Shown here piece after piece: positions 10,177 to 20,571 of a stretch of 64,000 nucleotides of DNA. Every line of letters begins with the position of its first letter. Position 1 is the stretch's first letter. Below the pieces are notes generated by a model. That model searched no databases. It was not told the DNA's origin and worked only from the letters and a program-made list of their open reading frames with translations. Origin of the DNA: a virus; IMG/VR virus record IMGVR_UViG_3300029904_000006, positions 1 through 64,000 of that record; one strand, given 5' to 3'. The translations under genes were made by a program, and so were the position numbers.

Positions 10177-13100
10177 CTATTGGCAAGTATAATTAACCTC
10201 ACTACTATCTAATATCAGTTTAATATCGGCTTGATATTGGGCTGGGAACTGACTTATAAAGTCGTTCATACTATTGATAACCTTAACACCATAAGCATTA
10301 TCAACAGTACCATTAGCAATAGCAGGAGCATATATTTCAGTAGAACTGTTAGTATTGTCTGTAATTTCTTCTGTTATAGCATCGCGTTCAACATCATTAA
10401 AATCATCATCTAAATAATCTTCATCTTCAGCAATATAACCATCGCTATCAAGACCTATATCTTCTGGAGAAGTAACAGTTGGAGCTTGTTGAATAGCATT
10501 GTTTATATCTGGTTCTTTAACTTTCGGTTCAGGCAAAGCTCCAATAGCATCTCCATAATCTTGTTCTTCGACAGGAATGATTACATTAGGATTGTTATAT
10601 TCATCAGCAAGAGTAGGAGCTGTATAATCTACAAGAGCATCTTGAATGTTCTCATAAGTTTTACCACCATCTCTACTAACTTGAAGTTGTGAAGAATCAT
10701 TAGGATTAGTTCTATATTTAATAGTATCATTAGGTTCTGGATAATCTACATTAAATTTAATAAGACTTCCGGTATGAACTCTACCTTTTAATTCAGGATA
10801 GTTCTCTTCAAGAATCTGACGATAAATATTAACTTGTTGCTTATAACCATGAATAGTTTCAGTACTAATATTACCGTCACCAGTTCCAATACGTTTAGTC
10901 TTAAAGTCATAAATATAAATATCTCCAGTATCAGTATAAACCATCATATCCATAGTACCTGCAATAGTCTTAACTTTTCCATTGACAGTAATAGTTCCTC
11001 CAATAGGAAATTCTTGTGTAATAACTCTGTATCGACCTTTACCAAATTTCTCATCAAGATGAGCTTCAATTTTACTCATATCAGCAATAAGGTCTTCACG
11101 TTGACTTTCACCAACATTAGGTATATGCATATCATAAGTTACAACACCGTTGTTATCAAAGTAACCACGAGCAACAGCATCAGCAGTATTACCTAAAGTA
11201 GAAGCAGGAACTCCCCATTTGCCAACATCTTGTTTACCATGAATCTTTTGAGTAACGCTATAATCAATAGGTTCGCCGTCAAGAAGATAAGTATGATTTT
11301 CAGCAAAGTTAGGACTACGAGTGATACGTGCTTCAAAATCAGCACGAATAGTATCAATTTTAGTTTTAGTTCTATTAAGAACTTCTGTATTAACTCCAGA
11401 GTCAGAAGCAGGTTTAGGCTTACGTCTTCTCTCTACGGGCTGAGTGCTACGATTAACATTGGCATTATCGACAGTACCGGCAAATAACCCAGTAGTAACA
11501 GTAGGAGCAACACTTTTACTAAGTATTACATATTCTCGTGCTAATATACTATTATTTTTTATATTTTGAGGTTTAATTCCTAATAAATCTAATAGTATGT
11601 CCATAATTTTTTGCAGTATGGACTTTTTCTTTAGATTAAGACCTTGAATATCAGCATCAATAGGATAATCAGTATTATTAAGCCATTCAGTAAGAGGAGC
11701 TTGTGTAAGACATTCAACAAGAAACTCTTCCATACGAGTTTGTTGGTCTTTAGGAGTTTGAGTTTTATCAAGAACACTAACAAATTGATTATAAAGATTT
11801 TCAGTAATCTTTCCGTTAGTTTTATCTTCTTCTATTTTAGCACGAACAAAATCATAAACAGTTTGTAATTCATCAGTAATACGTTGACGTTCAGCGTTAC
11901 TAAATTTATTACTATTAAAATGTCTATGGAGATTTTCATGAAGTATAAGACGAACAGCATTTTTAGGATTGCCATTCATAGCAGTAGCTCCTTTTGGTGT
12001 AATATGAACTTGTTTATCAATAGTACTATAATACATAAAAGCATTTCCTTTTTCAGGAGAAATAGTAATTCGTTTAGTAGCTATTTGAAGACCATTATTA
12101 GTTCCAAGAAGAATATCTATTTTATCTTGTTCAACACCAGCAGCTTCAAGAATAGAAAAAGTATCAACAGTTTTACGTTTAGGATTAGCTTCACTTGTAT
12201 AAAGCATATCACTAACTGCATGATTTTCAGCTTGAGGAACTTCAACATCTTTACGAATACCAGTATCAGCAGTAATACGATTTTCATTCATATATCGAGT
12301 AACGAAACTTCCGTCTTCGTTCTGATATACATTTACTTTAAAACCATTATTTTGAGTAACAAAATCAGCATAATTGTTATAAGTAATTTTTTCTCCATTA
12401 AGATTAAGAGTAAACTTACCAGTATTAGCATCCCAATTAAATATAGTAGGAGTACCTCCAGAAGTAGTTTTCTTAGTAAAACCTAAAGCACTACGATTAA
12501 GTTTAACGCTATTAAACATATCATCAAGAGCATAATTAACCCATGCTCTAACAGTATCGGCACTTATATTTTGATTACCGTCAATATTATTAATATCTAT
12601 ATAATCTTTATTATTAGAAGTAACATTATAATTTTGACCAAAAATACGAATTGCATGACCGGGATTACCTTTAGAATCATAAGAAAAGAAAGCCATAATA
12701 GGCTTAGTTTTTTTAGTAAATCTATCATAATGTAATACATTAATAGTCTGACCACCATTAGTAATACGAACAGTAACATCTCCTTCAGCAAAGTTATTAC
12801 CAAGTCTAAATAATCCTTGATAACCACAAAGTTCAGTAAGAAGAGTTCCTATTCTTTCAAAGTTTACTTCATGACGAGCTGGGTCAGTAGCATCAAAAGT
12901 ATTAGAAAGCTGAGCTAAAATAAGACGTCTAAGTTCATCTTTAACTTTAGTAGCAATAGGAGCGTCTTTCAATTCATTAGTCTTTTTAAAATAAGCTACT
13001 TGAGTCATATTGTCATCTTTATAAACAATATAACCCATACTATAATCTCCTATATTTGGGTCAGCTTCTCCGTAATCAGTACCGTCTTCACCAAGAAGAC

Positions 13101-16100
13101 GACCATTTTTAACATAAACAAAAGAAGTATATTTTGGATTTGATTGACCATTAACAGTCTTACTAAAATCCATATTTAATTCTCCAATATCAGTATATTG
13201 ATTTTCTGGAAGAATATTAAGTTGAGTAGTATAACTAACATTAAGTTTTTTAATAATAGGAATTTCATCTCCATTTTCAATAGCTTGCTGCATTTCATAA
13301 GTCTGCTCATAGTTAGCATTAACTTCTTCTTTCCAATTATTATATCTTTCAGTAAGAGTTTTATAATCGGTAGCAAAACTATTATAGTCATAGTTAGTCG
13401 GGTCATTGACATCTTCTTCACGACCAAAAAATAATATAGCAGCTATTTTACTACTAATATCTCGAGCACGAGCAGTGTCACTATTTTTTACGCCTACATC
13501 AAATTTATATACTTCATTAGCAAGAGCTTGTTTAATATAAGGATTAGACATAATTCGCTCAGCCATATCTTTAGTCATAGCTTGACTAAGAAGTTTTTGA
13601 GCTTCATCAACTTTAAGTTCTCCTCTTTTACGTCTATCAATAATATCTCGAGTTCTAAGATAATAATCAGCTATATCATTAAATAACTGTTTAGCATTAG
13701 CGTCTTCTCTTTCAATAAGAGCTTCAAAAAGAAAATCGCAATCAAGTTTTATTTGACTATCTGTATTATAAAGAACATTAGCAAATCCAGATTGATGACG
13801 CTTAGGTCTAATATGATTACCGTCATTATCAAACTCAACAGCTCTAAGAATACCTATTTTAACAGATTTAGTTTTATTACCTTTTTTATATTCAACAATT
13901 ACGTTAAGATTAGACATAACTTCTTTATGTTCCTCAAAACCATTGGGCTGTGTTTCTTTAACATTGGTATATTGAGGTTCTACATAAATACGAACGGCAG
14001 TACCATTATGAGCAGCTTCAAGAGCTTCTCTATATTCTTTAGCTTGTTGTTTATTTTGTCTTTGTCTAAGTTCAATAGGACTAATATGAAGTTTATCAAT
14101 AGAATTTCTAATTTGAGCTTTATTTTCTCTAAGTTGATTCATAAATTCAACAGCAGAAAGCATAAGTCTATTGACAGTATTAAAACCGGTAAATATATAT
14201 TTACTTCCGTCATGAGTAGCAATATATTGACTAAGATTGTTATAAATATACATTGCGGTTTGAGTATCAACATCTTCATTATTCAGAAGATAATCAAATA
14301 ATGATTCTATATTAATAATAATCTTTCCGTCACCAACAGCAGTATTTTTAACTAATTTAGAATATTCAGTAAGAAATTCATCAACAGTATCATTAAGTGC
14401 ATCTTTAAGTTCTTTATCAGTCATGAATTCAGTTTCAGCATGTTTTTGAGCAGCTTTCTTACTAAATCCAAGAGCAAGTTGTTGAGCAAGTTTACCAAAT
14501 GCACTTTTAGTATTCATTGCTCCAAACAGATTAACTGTTGAAACAAATGCAGTAGCGGCAATCTTACGAGAAAGATTGATATCAAAACCCTGTTTAACAA
14601 GATAATTAACTACTTCATTAAGAAAAGCATCTCGTTTAGAAGTATCACCTTTAGCTAAAGCATCGGTAATTTCATTAAGACGAGCTTCACTTTTAAAACC
14701 AACCTGCATAATATATTGACGAGCCTTAATTTCTCCTCTAAGAGAAGGAGTATCATAAGATTCATCAAGAGGGTCAGCTGAAGTATCTACATCAGTAGGA
14801 TTATGAAGACGATCGTCTCCACCTCCTAAATCTACATCAGTTTGCGCAGGAGCAGGTTTAGGTTGAATAGCAGGTTGTTGAGGCTGAGGTTGAGCTGGTT
14901 GAGCAGCAGTAGCAGGTGCAGCAGATTGAGCAGGTTCTGTTTTCTGTACTCCGCCCGTAGAGGGAGGATTATTTGTATCTGTTGCTTCTTGCTCTGGAGC
15001 AGGAGGTGTACCAACACCTTCTTTTTCAGCTTCAGCGTTAGCTTGATTAGCACCTTTTCTCTTCTTTCTTTCAGTATTTATAATATCATCCATAGTCATA
15101 TTAGTAGTAAATTGTCCTTTACCACCAAGTTGAATATCTGTAGATTCGTCAGAAAGATAACGAAGATAATGAAGAGCCTCATCTACTTTAGCATTACCTG
15201 TATTTTCTGCATAAACTTTATCTAAGGCTTCATCTAAATTGTCAACAGTAGAAAGATAGTTTTTAACTCTATCAAGATACTCATCTCTACGGGCAAGTTC
15301 CATTGCATCCATAGAACGACTAAACTCATTATATAAATCTTCATATTCTTCTTGTGCAGTAGGAATTTGAGAAGAAGTATAGTTACGTTTAACTTCTGTA
15401 TCTATTTCAGCATCTATAAGGTCACGTATAGTTTCAGGCGGAAATGGAGATGTTCTTGCCTTTTGAGTAGCTTTTTCGTATTCAACAATAAAGTTATTAA
15501 AAGATTTATCTAATTCAGCATCTTCTTTACCAAGAGCTTCAGTAAATTCTTTACGAACAGCTTCAAGAGCACCTTGTGCACTATTAGCTTCTGCCCAACT
15601 ATTCCAAGTATCAATAGTTTTATCTATTTCTTTAACTTGTGCTTGATAAGCTGATTCACTTATTTCTTGATTAGCTTTTTGAAGAGAAAGACGTTTCTTT
15701 TGACGAACAAGATTATCTACATGACGTTTATAAGTTTCATACTTTTCACGTTCAGTATAAGCAGAATAATCTGTTCCAGTATCATTTTTCTCAGCAATAC
15801 GCTGATTAATATTAGCAATAGTATCATCATATTCCTGCATTTTAAGTTTATTACGAGTAATATTTCTTGCAGCAGCAATAGTTATAAATGGATTAGTAGT
15901 ATCAGCTAAAGCATCAATATCTTTAAGAGAATTTTCATAAATATCAGAAACTTCGTTCATTCTATCTATTACTTGTTGACTAAGAGCTTTATCATTAGCG
16001 TCAATACGTAATCCATTATTAGTAATATATTGGTCAAATTCAGAACTTCCAAGAACTTCTTTCATAAGTTCAAAAGTACCGTTGTCAATAGCATTCATAG

Positions 16101-17865
16101 TAACATTATCGACAAATTTAGAAACAGCTTTTTCTTTCAGAAGTTCTGCTTGAGTATCGTCAATAGTTTCATTGACAAGTTCTCCATTTTTAATAATTTC
16201 TTGACCAGTTTCAGGGTCTACTACAAAATTAAAAGGATTTCTACCTTCGCTAATAGTTTGCATATTAGAAAGGTATTCATCTATATCGGTAGTAATATTA
16301 TTAAGTTGTTCAACAGAAATCTTAGTATTACTTCTTTTCCAACGCTCATATTCATCAGCACTCATGTGCTTTTTGTTCCAAGCACCGCGAATAGCTTTAT
16401 CGGCAGCTTGATAACCACGACCAAGTTTGTTAAAAGCAATACCGCCAAGACTTCCCCAGAAACCTTGTTCCCAAATACTTCCGTCACTAAGATAACTTGA
16501 AAGAGAACGAGAAGTCATAGTAGGGTCAAAATACTTTTGAGCAACTTCCATTCCTTTCTCACTTTGAATACCTTGATAGATTTCTTCAAAACCTTCACCA
16601 AGTTCAAGAGCAAAGAAACTATCTTTAGGATTCTTTAGAGCATAGTGAATACCTTCTTTACTTCTATTCCAAATATTATCTTTAATAAGTTGTTCAGCAG
16701 GTTTACCTGCAAGAGTACGACGAGCATTTTCAGCAGCTATTCTTTCAGAAGCAGTATTAGCTCTACGTCCAGTTCTTCCCCAAAGTTTACCAAGAGCTTT
16801 AAATTGAGGAATATCCATAAGAAGCATAGCATAATCGTTATAGAAAGTAGTATTTGCAGATTTACGAGCAATCTCTTTAGCTATGTCATCTTTAGACATA
16901 TCTTTAAATTCAGGATTGTTAAAAAGAAACTTAGCAAATTCTTCGTTTGGCATATTTTCTAAGTTCTCTTTTGAATTAGTATAAACATCATCGTATATAG
17001 CTTTAGCTTCCATATAGTTTTCGCCAGTACGATTAAGTACAGCAGTGCCAATAATTCCAGTACCTTGATTAATAGTATTTTCTATACGATTGGCTTTTCC
17101 TGCAGCAGTACGTAAAGCACCAAATTTATTACCTATTTTGCCTGCTTTTCCAGCACCAGCTATACCACGAGAAGCCCATCTACTTACTCCACTAAGAGCT
17201 TTAGAAGCTCTAGTTATTTTTCCAAGAGAACTTAATCCTCTTGCCCAACCAGCAGCAGGAAGAAGAAGAGAAGCTGTAGATGCAACACTAACAGCGTTAT
17301 CCATCCACCAACCGAAATCTCCAACGTCCCAAGAAGTATTTGGGTTACGACGATAAATTTGATAATTCTTTTTAAGATTTTCCTTAGCTTCAGTCATAAA
17401 CTGAGTATAAGGATTAATTCCATAATTATTACCAGTAAAAGTATTTATAATACCGTCAGCTATATTACCAAAACCTTCCATAGTTCCAAGTATAACTTCT
17501 CCTACACCAGCTTGCATAAGAAAGTTACCAGCTTTAGCCCAATTACTTTGATTCTCTGCACGAGCAGCATTAAGTTCGTCTTCGGTATTATACGGAGAAA
17601 GAGAAATGCCAAGATTGGCATCTCTCTCAATATCTTCATTAGTAAAACCAAGTTCTCTACCTGTATATCGAAGTCTTCGACTTTGTTCTGCGTAACGAGT
17701 AGCGATACCCTCATCAAAACTTGGAGCAGAAGTATCTACTATATACTTAGGTTGAACTTTACCTTTTTTAGTTTTAGGATTATATTCAGGATTAACTTTA
17801 ATACCACCTGTAATAATACTATCTATAAAAGCATCACCTACAAGATGTTTTCTATCGTCATTCAT
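10177..17865 (-). CDS. 2562-aa multidomain protein (HExxH zincin-like motif; C-terminal PD-(D/E)XK nuclease-like domain; P/A/Q-rich linker); likely virion cargo/ejected protein
   Basis: ORF track. HENLH is encoded at 11926-11940. The C-terminal pattern ENHTY..SVT / TMDMMV / IYDFKTK / QQVNIYRQ (about 10816-11305) follows the D..(D/E)xK..QxxxY nuclease layout. The PPAPEQ...AAQPAQPQPQQPAIQPKPAPAQ linker lies at about 14830-15055. Its position next to the RNAP gene resembles crAss cargo genes (inference). Confidence 0.5.
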   Translation of the reverse strand: MNDDRKHLVGDAFIDSIITGGIKVNPEYNPKTKKGKVQPKYIVDTSAPSFDEGIATRYAEQSRRLRYTGRELGFTNEDIERDANLGISLSPYNTEDELNAARAENQSNWAKAGNFLMQAGVGEVILGTMEGFGNIADGIINTFTGNNYGINPYTQFMTEAKENLKKNYQIYRRNPNTSWDVGDFGWWMDNAVSVASTASLLLPAAGWARGLSSLGKITRASKALSGVSRWASRGIAGAGKAGKIGNKFGALRTAAGKANRIENTINQGTGIIGTAVLNRTGENYMEAKAIYDDVYTNSKENLENMPNEEFAKFLFNNPEFKDMSKDDIAKEIARKSANTTFYNDYAMLLMDIPQFKALGKLWGRTGRRANTASERIAAENARRTLAGKPAEQLIKDNIWNRSKEGIHYALKNPKDSFFALELGEGFEEIYQGIQSEKGMEVAQKYFDPTMTSRSLSSYLSDGSIWEQGFWGSLGGIAFNKLGRGYQAADKAIRGAWNKKHMSADEYERWKRSNTKISVEQLNNITTDIDEYLSNMQTISEGRNPFNFVVDPETGQEIIKNGELVNETIDDTQAELLKEKAVSKFVDNVTMNAIDNGTFELMKEVLGSSEFDQYITNNGLRIDANDKALSQQVIDRMNEVSDIYENSLKDIDALADTTNPFITIAAARNITRNKLKMQEYDDTIANINQRIAEKNDTGTDYSAYTEREKYETYKRHVDNLVRQKKRLSLQKANQEISESAYQAQVKEIDKTIDTWNSWAEANSAQGALEAVRKEFTEALGKEDAELDKSFNNFIVEYEKATQKARTSPFPPETIRDLIDAEIDTEVKRNYTSSQIPTAQEEYEDLYNEFSRSMDAMELARRDEYLDRVKNYLSTVDNLDEALDKVYAENTGNAKVDEALHYLRYLSDESTDIQLGGKGQFTTNMTMDDIINTERKKRKGANQANAEAEKEGVGTPPAPEQEATDTNNPPSTGGVQKTEPAQSAAPATAAQPAQPQPQQPAIQPKPAPAQTDVDLGGGDDRLHNPTDVDTSADPLDESYDTPSLRGEIKARQYIMQVGFKSEARLNEITDALAKGDTSKRDAFLNEVVNYLVKQGFDINLSRKIAATAFVSTVNLFGAMNTKSAFGKLAQQLALGFSKKAAQKHAETEFMTDKELKDALNDTVDEFLTEYSKLVKNTAVGDGKIIINIESLFDYLLNNEDVDTQTAMYIYNNLSQYIATHDGSKYIFTGFNTVNRLMLSAVEFMNQLRENKAQIRNSIDKLHISPIELRQRQNKQQAKEYREALEAAHNGTAVRIYVEPQYTNVKETQPNGFEEHKEVMSNLNVIVEYKKGNKTKSVKIGILRAVEFDNDGNHIRPKRHQSGFANVLYNTDSQIKLDCDFLFEALIEREDANAKQLFNDIADYYLRTRDIIDRRKRGELKVDEAQKLLSQAMTKDMAERIMSNPYIKQALANEVYKFDVGVKNSDTARARDISSKIAAILFFGREEDVNDPTNYDYNSFATDYKTLTERYNNWKEEVNANYEQTYEMQQAIENGDEIPIIKKLNVSYTTQLNILPENQYTDIGELNMDFSKTVNGQSNPKYTSFVYVKNGRLLGEDGTDYGEADPNIGDYSMGYIVYKDDNMTQVAYFKKTNELKDAPIATKVKDELRRLILAQLSNTFDATDPARHEVNFERIGTLLTELCGYQGLFRLGNNFAEGDVTVRITNGGQTINVLHYDRFTKKTKPIMAFFSYDSKGNPGHAIRIFGQNYNVTSNNKDYIDINNIDGNQNISADTVRAWVNYALDDMFNSVKLNRSALGFTKKTTSGGTPTIFNWDANTGKFTLNLNGEKITYNNYADFVTQNNGFKVNVYQNEDGSFVTRYMNENRITADTGIRKDVEVPQAENHAVSDMLYTSEANPKRKTVDTFSILEAAGVEQDKIDILLGTNNGLQIATKRITISPEKGNAFMYYSTIDKQVHITPKGATAMNGNPKNAVRLILHENLHRHFNSNKFSNAERQRITDELQTVYDFVRAKIEEDKTNGKITENLYNQFVSVLDKTQTPKDQQTRMEEFLVECLTQAPLTEWLNNTDYPIDADIQGLNLKKKSILQKIMDILLDLLGIKPQNIKNNSILAREYVILSKSVAPTVTTGLFAGTVDNANVNRSTQPVERRRKPKPASDSGVNTEVLNRTKTKIDTIRADFEARITRSPNFAENHTYLLDGEPIDYSVTQKIHGKQDVGKWGVPASTLGNTADAVARGYFDNNGVVTYDMHIPNVGESQREDLIADMSKIEAHLDEKFGKGRYRVITQEFPIGGTITVNGKVKTIAGTMDMMVYTDTGDIYIYDFKTKRIGTGDGNISTETIHGYKQQVNIYRQILEENYPELKGRVHTGSLIKFNVDYPEPNDTIKYRTNPNDSSQLQVSRDGGKTYENIQDALVDYTAPTLADEYNNPNVIIPVEEQDYGDAIGALPEPKVKEPDINNAIQQAPTVTSPEDIGLDSDGYIAEDEDYLDDDFNDVERDAITEEITDNTNSSTEIYAPAIANGTVDNAYGVKVINSMNDFISQFPAQYQADIKLILDSSEVNYTCQ
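11431..11439 (-). repeat. CCCGTAGAG-family motif copy (minus)
   Basis: Plus strand tctCTCTACGGGctgagtgc; reverse complement GCACTCAGCCCGTAGAGAGA. Read as Q-P-V-E-R in a basic linker. Confidence 0.85.
14954..14962 (+). repeat. CCCGTAGAG-family motif copy, long form (plus)
   Basis: gtACTCCGCCCGTAGAGGGagg. Read as P-S-T-G-G-V-Q-K inside the P/A/Q linker. Confidence 0.95.
15285..15293 (-). repeat. CCCGTAGAG-family motif copy (minus)
   Basis: Plus strand catCTCTACGGGcaagtt. Read as L-A-R-R-D. Confidence 0.85.
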
Positions 17866-17871
17866 AACATA

Positions 17872-20556
17872 TTATTCTATTGATTCTTTAAAATAATTAG
17901 CAATAGCAACACCAAGAACTTCAGGAGAAACACTCAATACAGAAGCAAGATTTTTAGCATAAGCATCAATATGATTTTGAAGCACCTCTCTTTTCTGCTC
18001 AGGGTTAAGTTGAGTATTAGCAGCAAGATTAGGAATTTGATATTTCATTTGTTCAAGACGCATAAGTTGTTCTGTAACAAGTTCTGCTTGTCTTTCATTA
18101 AGAGTAGTATGTCTTCCTAATATACCAGTAGTATAAATTCCGTCATTTTGAGGAAGTAAACGAGTATCTCCAAGACTTGTACTATAACCAAAATTTTCAA
18201 CAGGAGCGCCTGTAGCTTTAGAAGTACCTATAAAATTTTGAGCGATATAACGAGGATTATTATTAATTTTATAACCACTACCATCATCAATAGACCCTGT
18301 TACATACATATTAATAGTTTTACCTCTATACCCTTCTGTAATATCATTTTTATCATTAGCAGGAACAGTAAAACTAAAATAATAACCTTCTGGCATATTA
18401 TCATCTCCAGCAGAATATGTACGAGTTATATTATTTGGGTCAACAGAATACATGTGTTGAAGAAGTAAATTAAGTTCAGTAGCATTAGTTATTTGTTTAT
18501 TAAATCTACGAGGAGATTTAATATCATTGGGATTGCCTATAAGATAAACTTGTCCTCCAGCAAGGTCCCCGTTAGCAATAGACCTATCTACACGTTCTCT
18601 ACAATCTTTTTGTTGAGCACGTATTTCAGAACCAGTCCAACCAAGTTGATTACCCATTTCCATATAATATACTTCTCCCGGAGTTGTAACATCGGTGCCA
18701 AGTAAGTTTTTAGTACCTTTAAATCCACCTACTTTAGATTGAATTTTAGCAGCAGCTTCTTCTCCACGTTCATAAAGTAAAGCAAGATTACCTCCACCAC
18801 TAATATTTCTTACATTAGTCGCACCATTTTTATTACGAAATTTAACTACATAATTTCCAGAAGCAGCATCTGCAGTAAAAAACTTTTTAGCCCATCCGCC
18901 TAAACTACCTCCAACTTTATCATCAGCTTTAGCAATATAACTGTCAAATTTAGGCATTAGATTTCTATTATCTGGAGTAAACGAAACAACATAATTACCA
19001 TTAGAAAGTTGACTATAAGAAAGTCCAACATTTCTTAAATCTTTAACTCCATATAAACGAGTAACAGCATCAAATACATCTTTACCTATTTCATAATCAA
19101 CTTGATTATTAAGTTTAAAAATATTATTTAAATCGCCAATAATAGCTTTACCATATTTATTATCATTAGTATAATTTTGACCATTAATATTATCGCTAAA
19201 TCTTAAAGCATCTGCATCAGCACCAGCTTTCTTAAGCATATCATTAACTTGTCTATTAGTTTTCCAATATGTAAAGAAAGCGTTGGTAAGATTTGTTCTT
19301 TCAACTGAAGTAAGATTTGCTCCATAAGTATTAATAATATATTGAACAGCAGTATTTGGTCCAGTAGCTTTTTTCTCAGAAATAAGTTTTTGTTGAATAT
19401 CTCCAATGTTCATATCTCTAAACTTACCAGCAGCTATTCTATTAATAATATCAAGACCAGATTGAGAAGCATTGTTGCGAGCATTTAAAGCACTACTATA
19501 AGCATTTTGTTCAACTTCATAAGTTCCGAGAGTATTAGAACCTATAAAATCTATACTTAAACTATTTCCTTCGGCACCACCAGCAGCAGTAAATTGAGCT
19601 TTACGTCTATTTTCAAGAGCATCACCAAAATTAATTTCAGAATAAACATGATTATATGCAGCAACATCAGCAAAATTATTTATTTTATTATTAAGCCATT
19701 GTTCTTCACTATAAACATTACCATTTTTATCAGTAAATCCGGGAATAACAGGAGTAGTATTTCCTCCTTTTTGACGAGCGTCTTCTACTAATTTATCATA
19801 TTGCCAAGTAGCATAACGGTAATCTTGATTAAGACTATCACGAGCGCCGGGAATACTATCAATAGCTACTTTATATGCTTGACGAATTTTATCTTCAGAA
19901 AGACGTTCATATTTACTTCCTATTTTACGATAAAAAGCGCCATCGGTAGATTTAGAAGGGTCATAAGTTTCATTTCCATTAGCATCAAGAAATGAAATAC
20001 GTTCTCCACCACCAGCTTCTTTAGCAGCTATTTGCAAAGCATATTTTTGAATTTCATTTTCAGAAACAGTAGCAACAGGATTAGATTTAGCTTCCCAAAG
20101 TTCTCCGGGAAGAGTACGACCAGTTCTTTCATCAATAGAACCATCTTCATAATAATAAGGATTTTCTTCCTTATACATTTGTTTCATACCATCAGGTATA
20201 GCCATAGCATCTACTTTAGCATCATACTCTTTCTTAGCTTTCTGATTACGAAGTCTACCAATAACTCTACCATCGGATTGGATATTACCAGCTTGAGCTA
20301 CAAGATTGTCTAAAGCACCATAAGCATTTCCGTAAAGAGTATTGCTATCAATAGTATCTTTAATTTCATTTATAAGATGTTCTTTAAAACCATCTTCAGC
20401 TTCATTCATATCAAGTTGTGATACTGCTATTTCAAGGTCAGAAGCTGCTTTTACAGCAGCTTGATGACCTTCTTCAAGAGTATTAAAAGTATTGCCAAGA
20501 GTAGTTAAATCTACACGAGGTATGTAGTCACGACTTATATAATTAACTTGAGCCAT
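17872..20556 (-). CDS. 894-aa virion/tail-associated protein, function unknown
   Basis: ORF track. It sits 6 nt from the next gene, on the same strand with the same codon style. No motif recognised. Confidence 0.8.
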   Translation of the reverse strand: MAQVNYISRDYIPRVDLTTLGNTFNTLEEGHQAAVKAASDLEIAVSQLDMNEAEDGFKEHLINEIKDTIDSNTLYGNAYGALDNLVAQAGNIQSDGRVIGRLRNQKAKKEYDAKVDAMAIPDGMKQMYKEENPYYYEDGSIDERTGRTLPGELWEAKSNPVATVSENEIQKYALQIAAKEAGGGERISFLDANGNETYDPSKSTDGAFYRKIGSKYERLSEDKIRQAYKVAIDSIPGARDSLNQDYRYATWQYDKLVEDARQKGGNTTPVIPGFTDKNGNVYSEEQWLNNKINNFADVAAYNHVYSEINFGDALENRRKAQFTAAGGAEGNSLSIDFIGSNTLGTYEVEQNAYSSALNARNNASQSGLDIINRIAAGKFRDMNIGDIQQKLISEKKATGPNTAVQYIINTYGANLTSVERTNLTNAFFTYWKTNRQVNDMLKKAGADADALRFSDNINGQNYTNDNKYGKAIIGDLNNIFKLNNQVDYEIGKDVFDAVTRLYGVKDLRNVGLSYSQLSNGNYVVSFTPDNRNLMPKFDSYIAKADDKVGGSLGGWAKKFFTADAASGNYVVKFRNKNGATNVRNISGGGNLALLYERGEEAAAKIQSKVGGFKGTKNLLGTDVTTPGEVYYMEMGNQLGWTGSEIRAQQKDCRERVDRSIANGDLAGGQVYLIGNPNDIKSPRRFNKQITNATELNLLLQHMYSVDPNNITRTYSAGDDNMPEGYYFSFTVPANDKNDITEGYRGKTINMYVTGSIDDGSGYKINNNPRYIAQNFIGTSKATGAPVENFGYSTSLGDTRLLPQNDGIYTTGILGRHTTLNERQAELVTEQLMRLEQMKYQIPNLAANTQLNPEQKREVLQNHIDAYAKNLASVLSVSPEVLGVAIANYFKESIE

Positions 20557-20571
20557 AGCATTTATATTATT

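Noticed and set aside
14948-14966. Resemblance of CTCTACGGGCGGAGTGC to the universal 16S rRNA segment CTCCTACGGGAGGCAGCAG
   Set aside because: The match is partial (TACGGG.GG), with no surrounding rRNA-like sequence. It is most likely coincidence.
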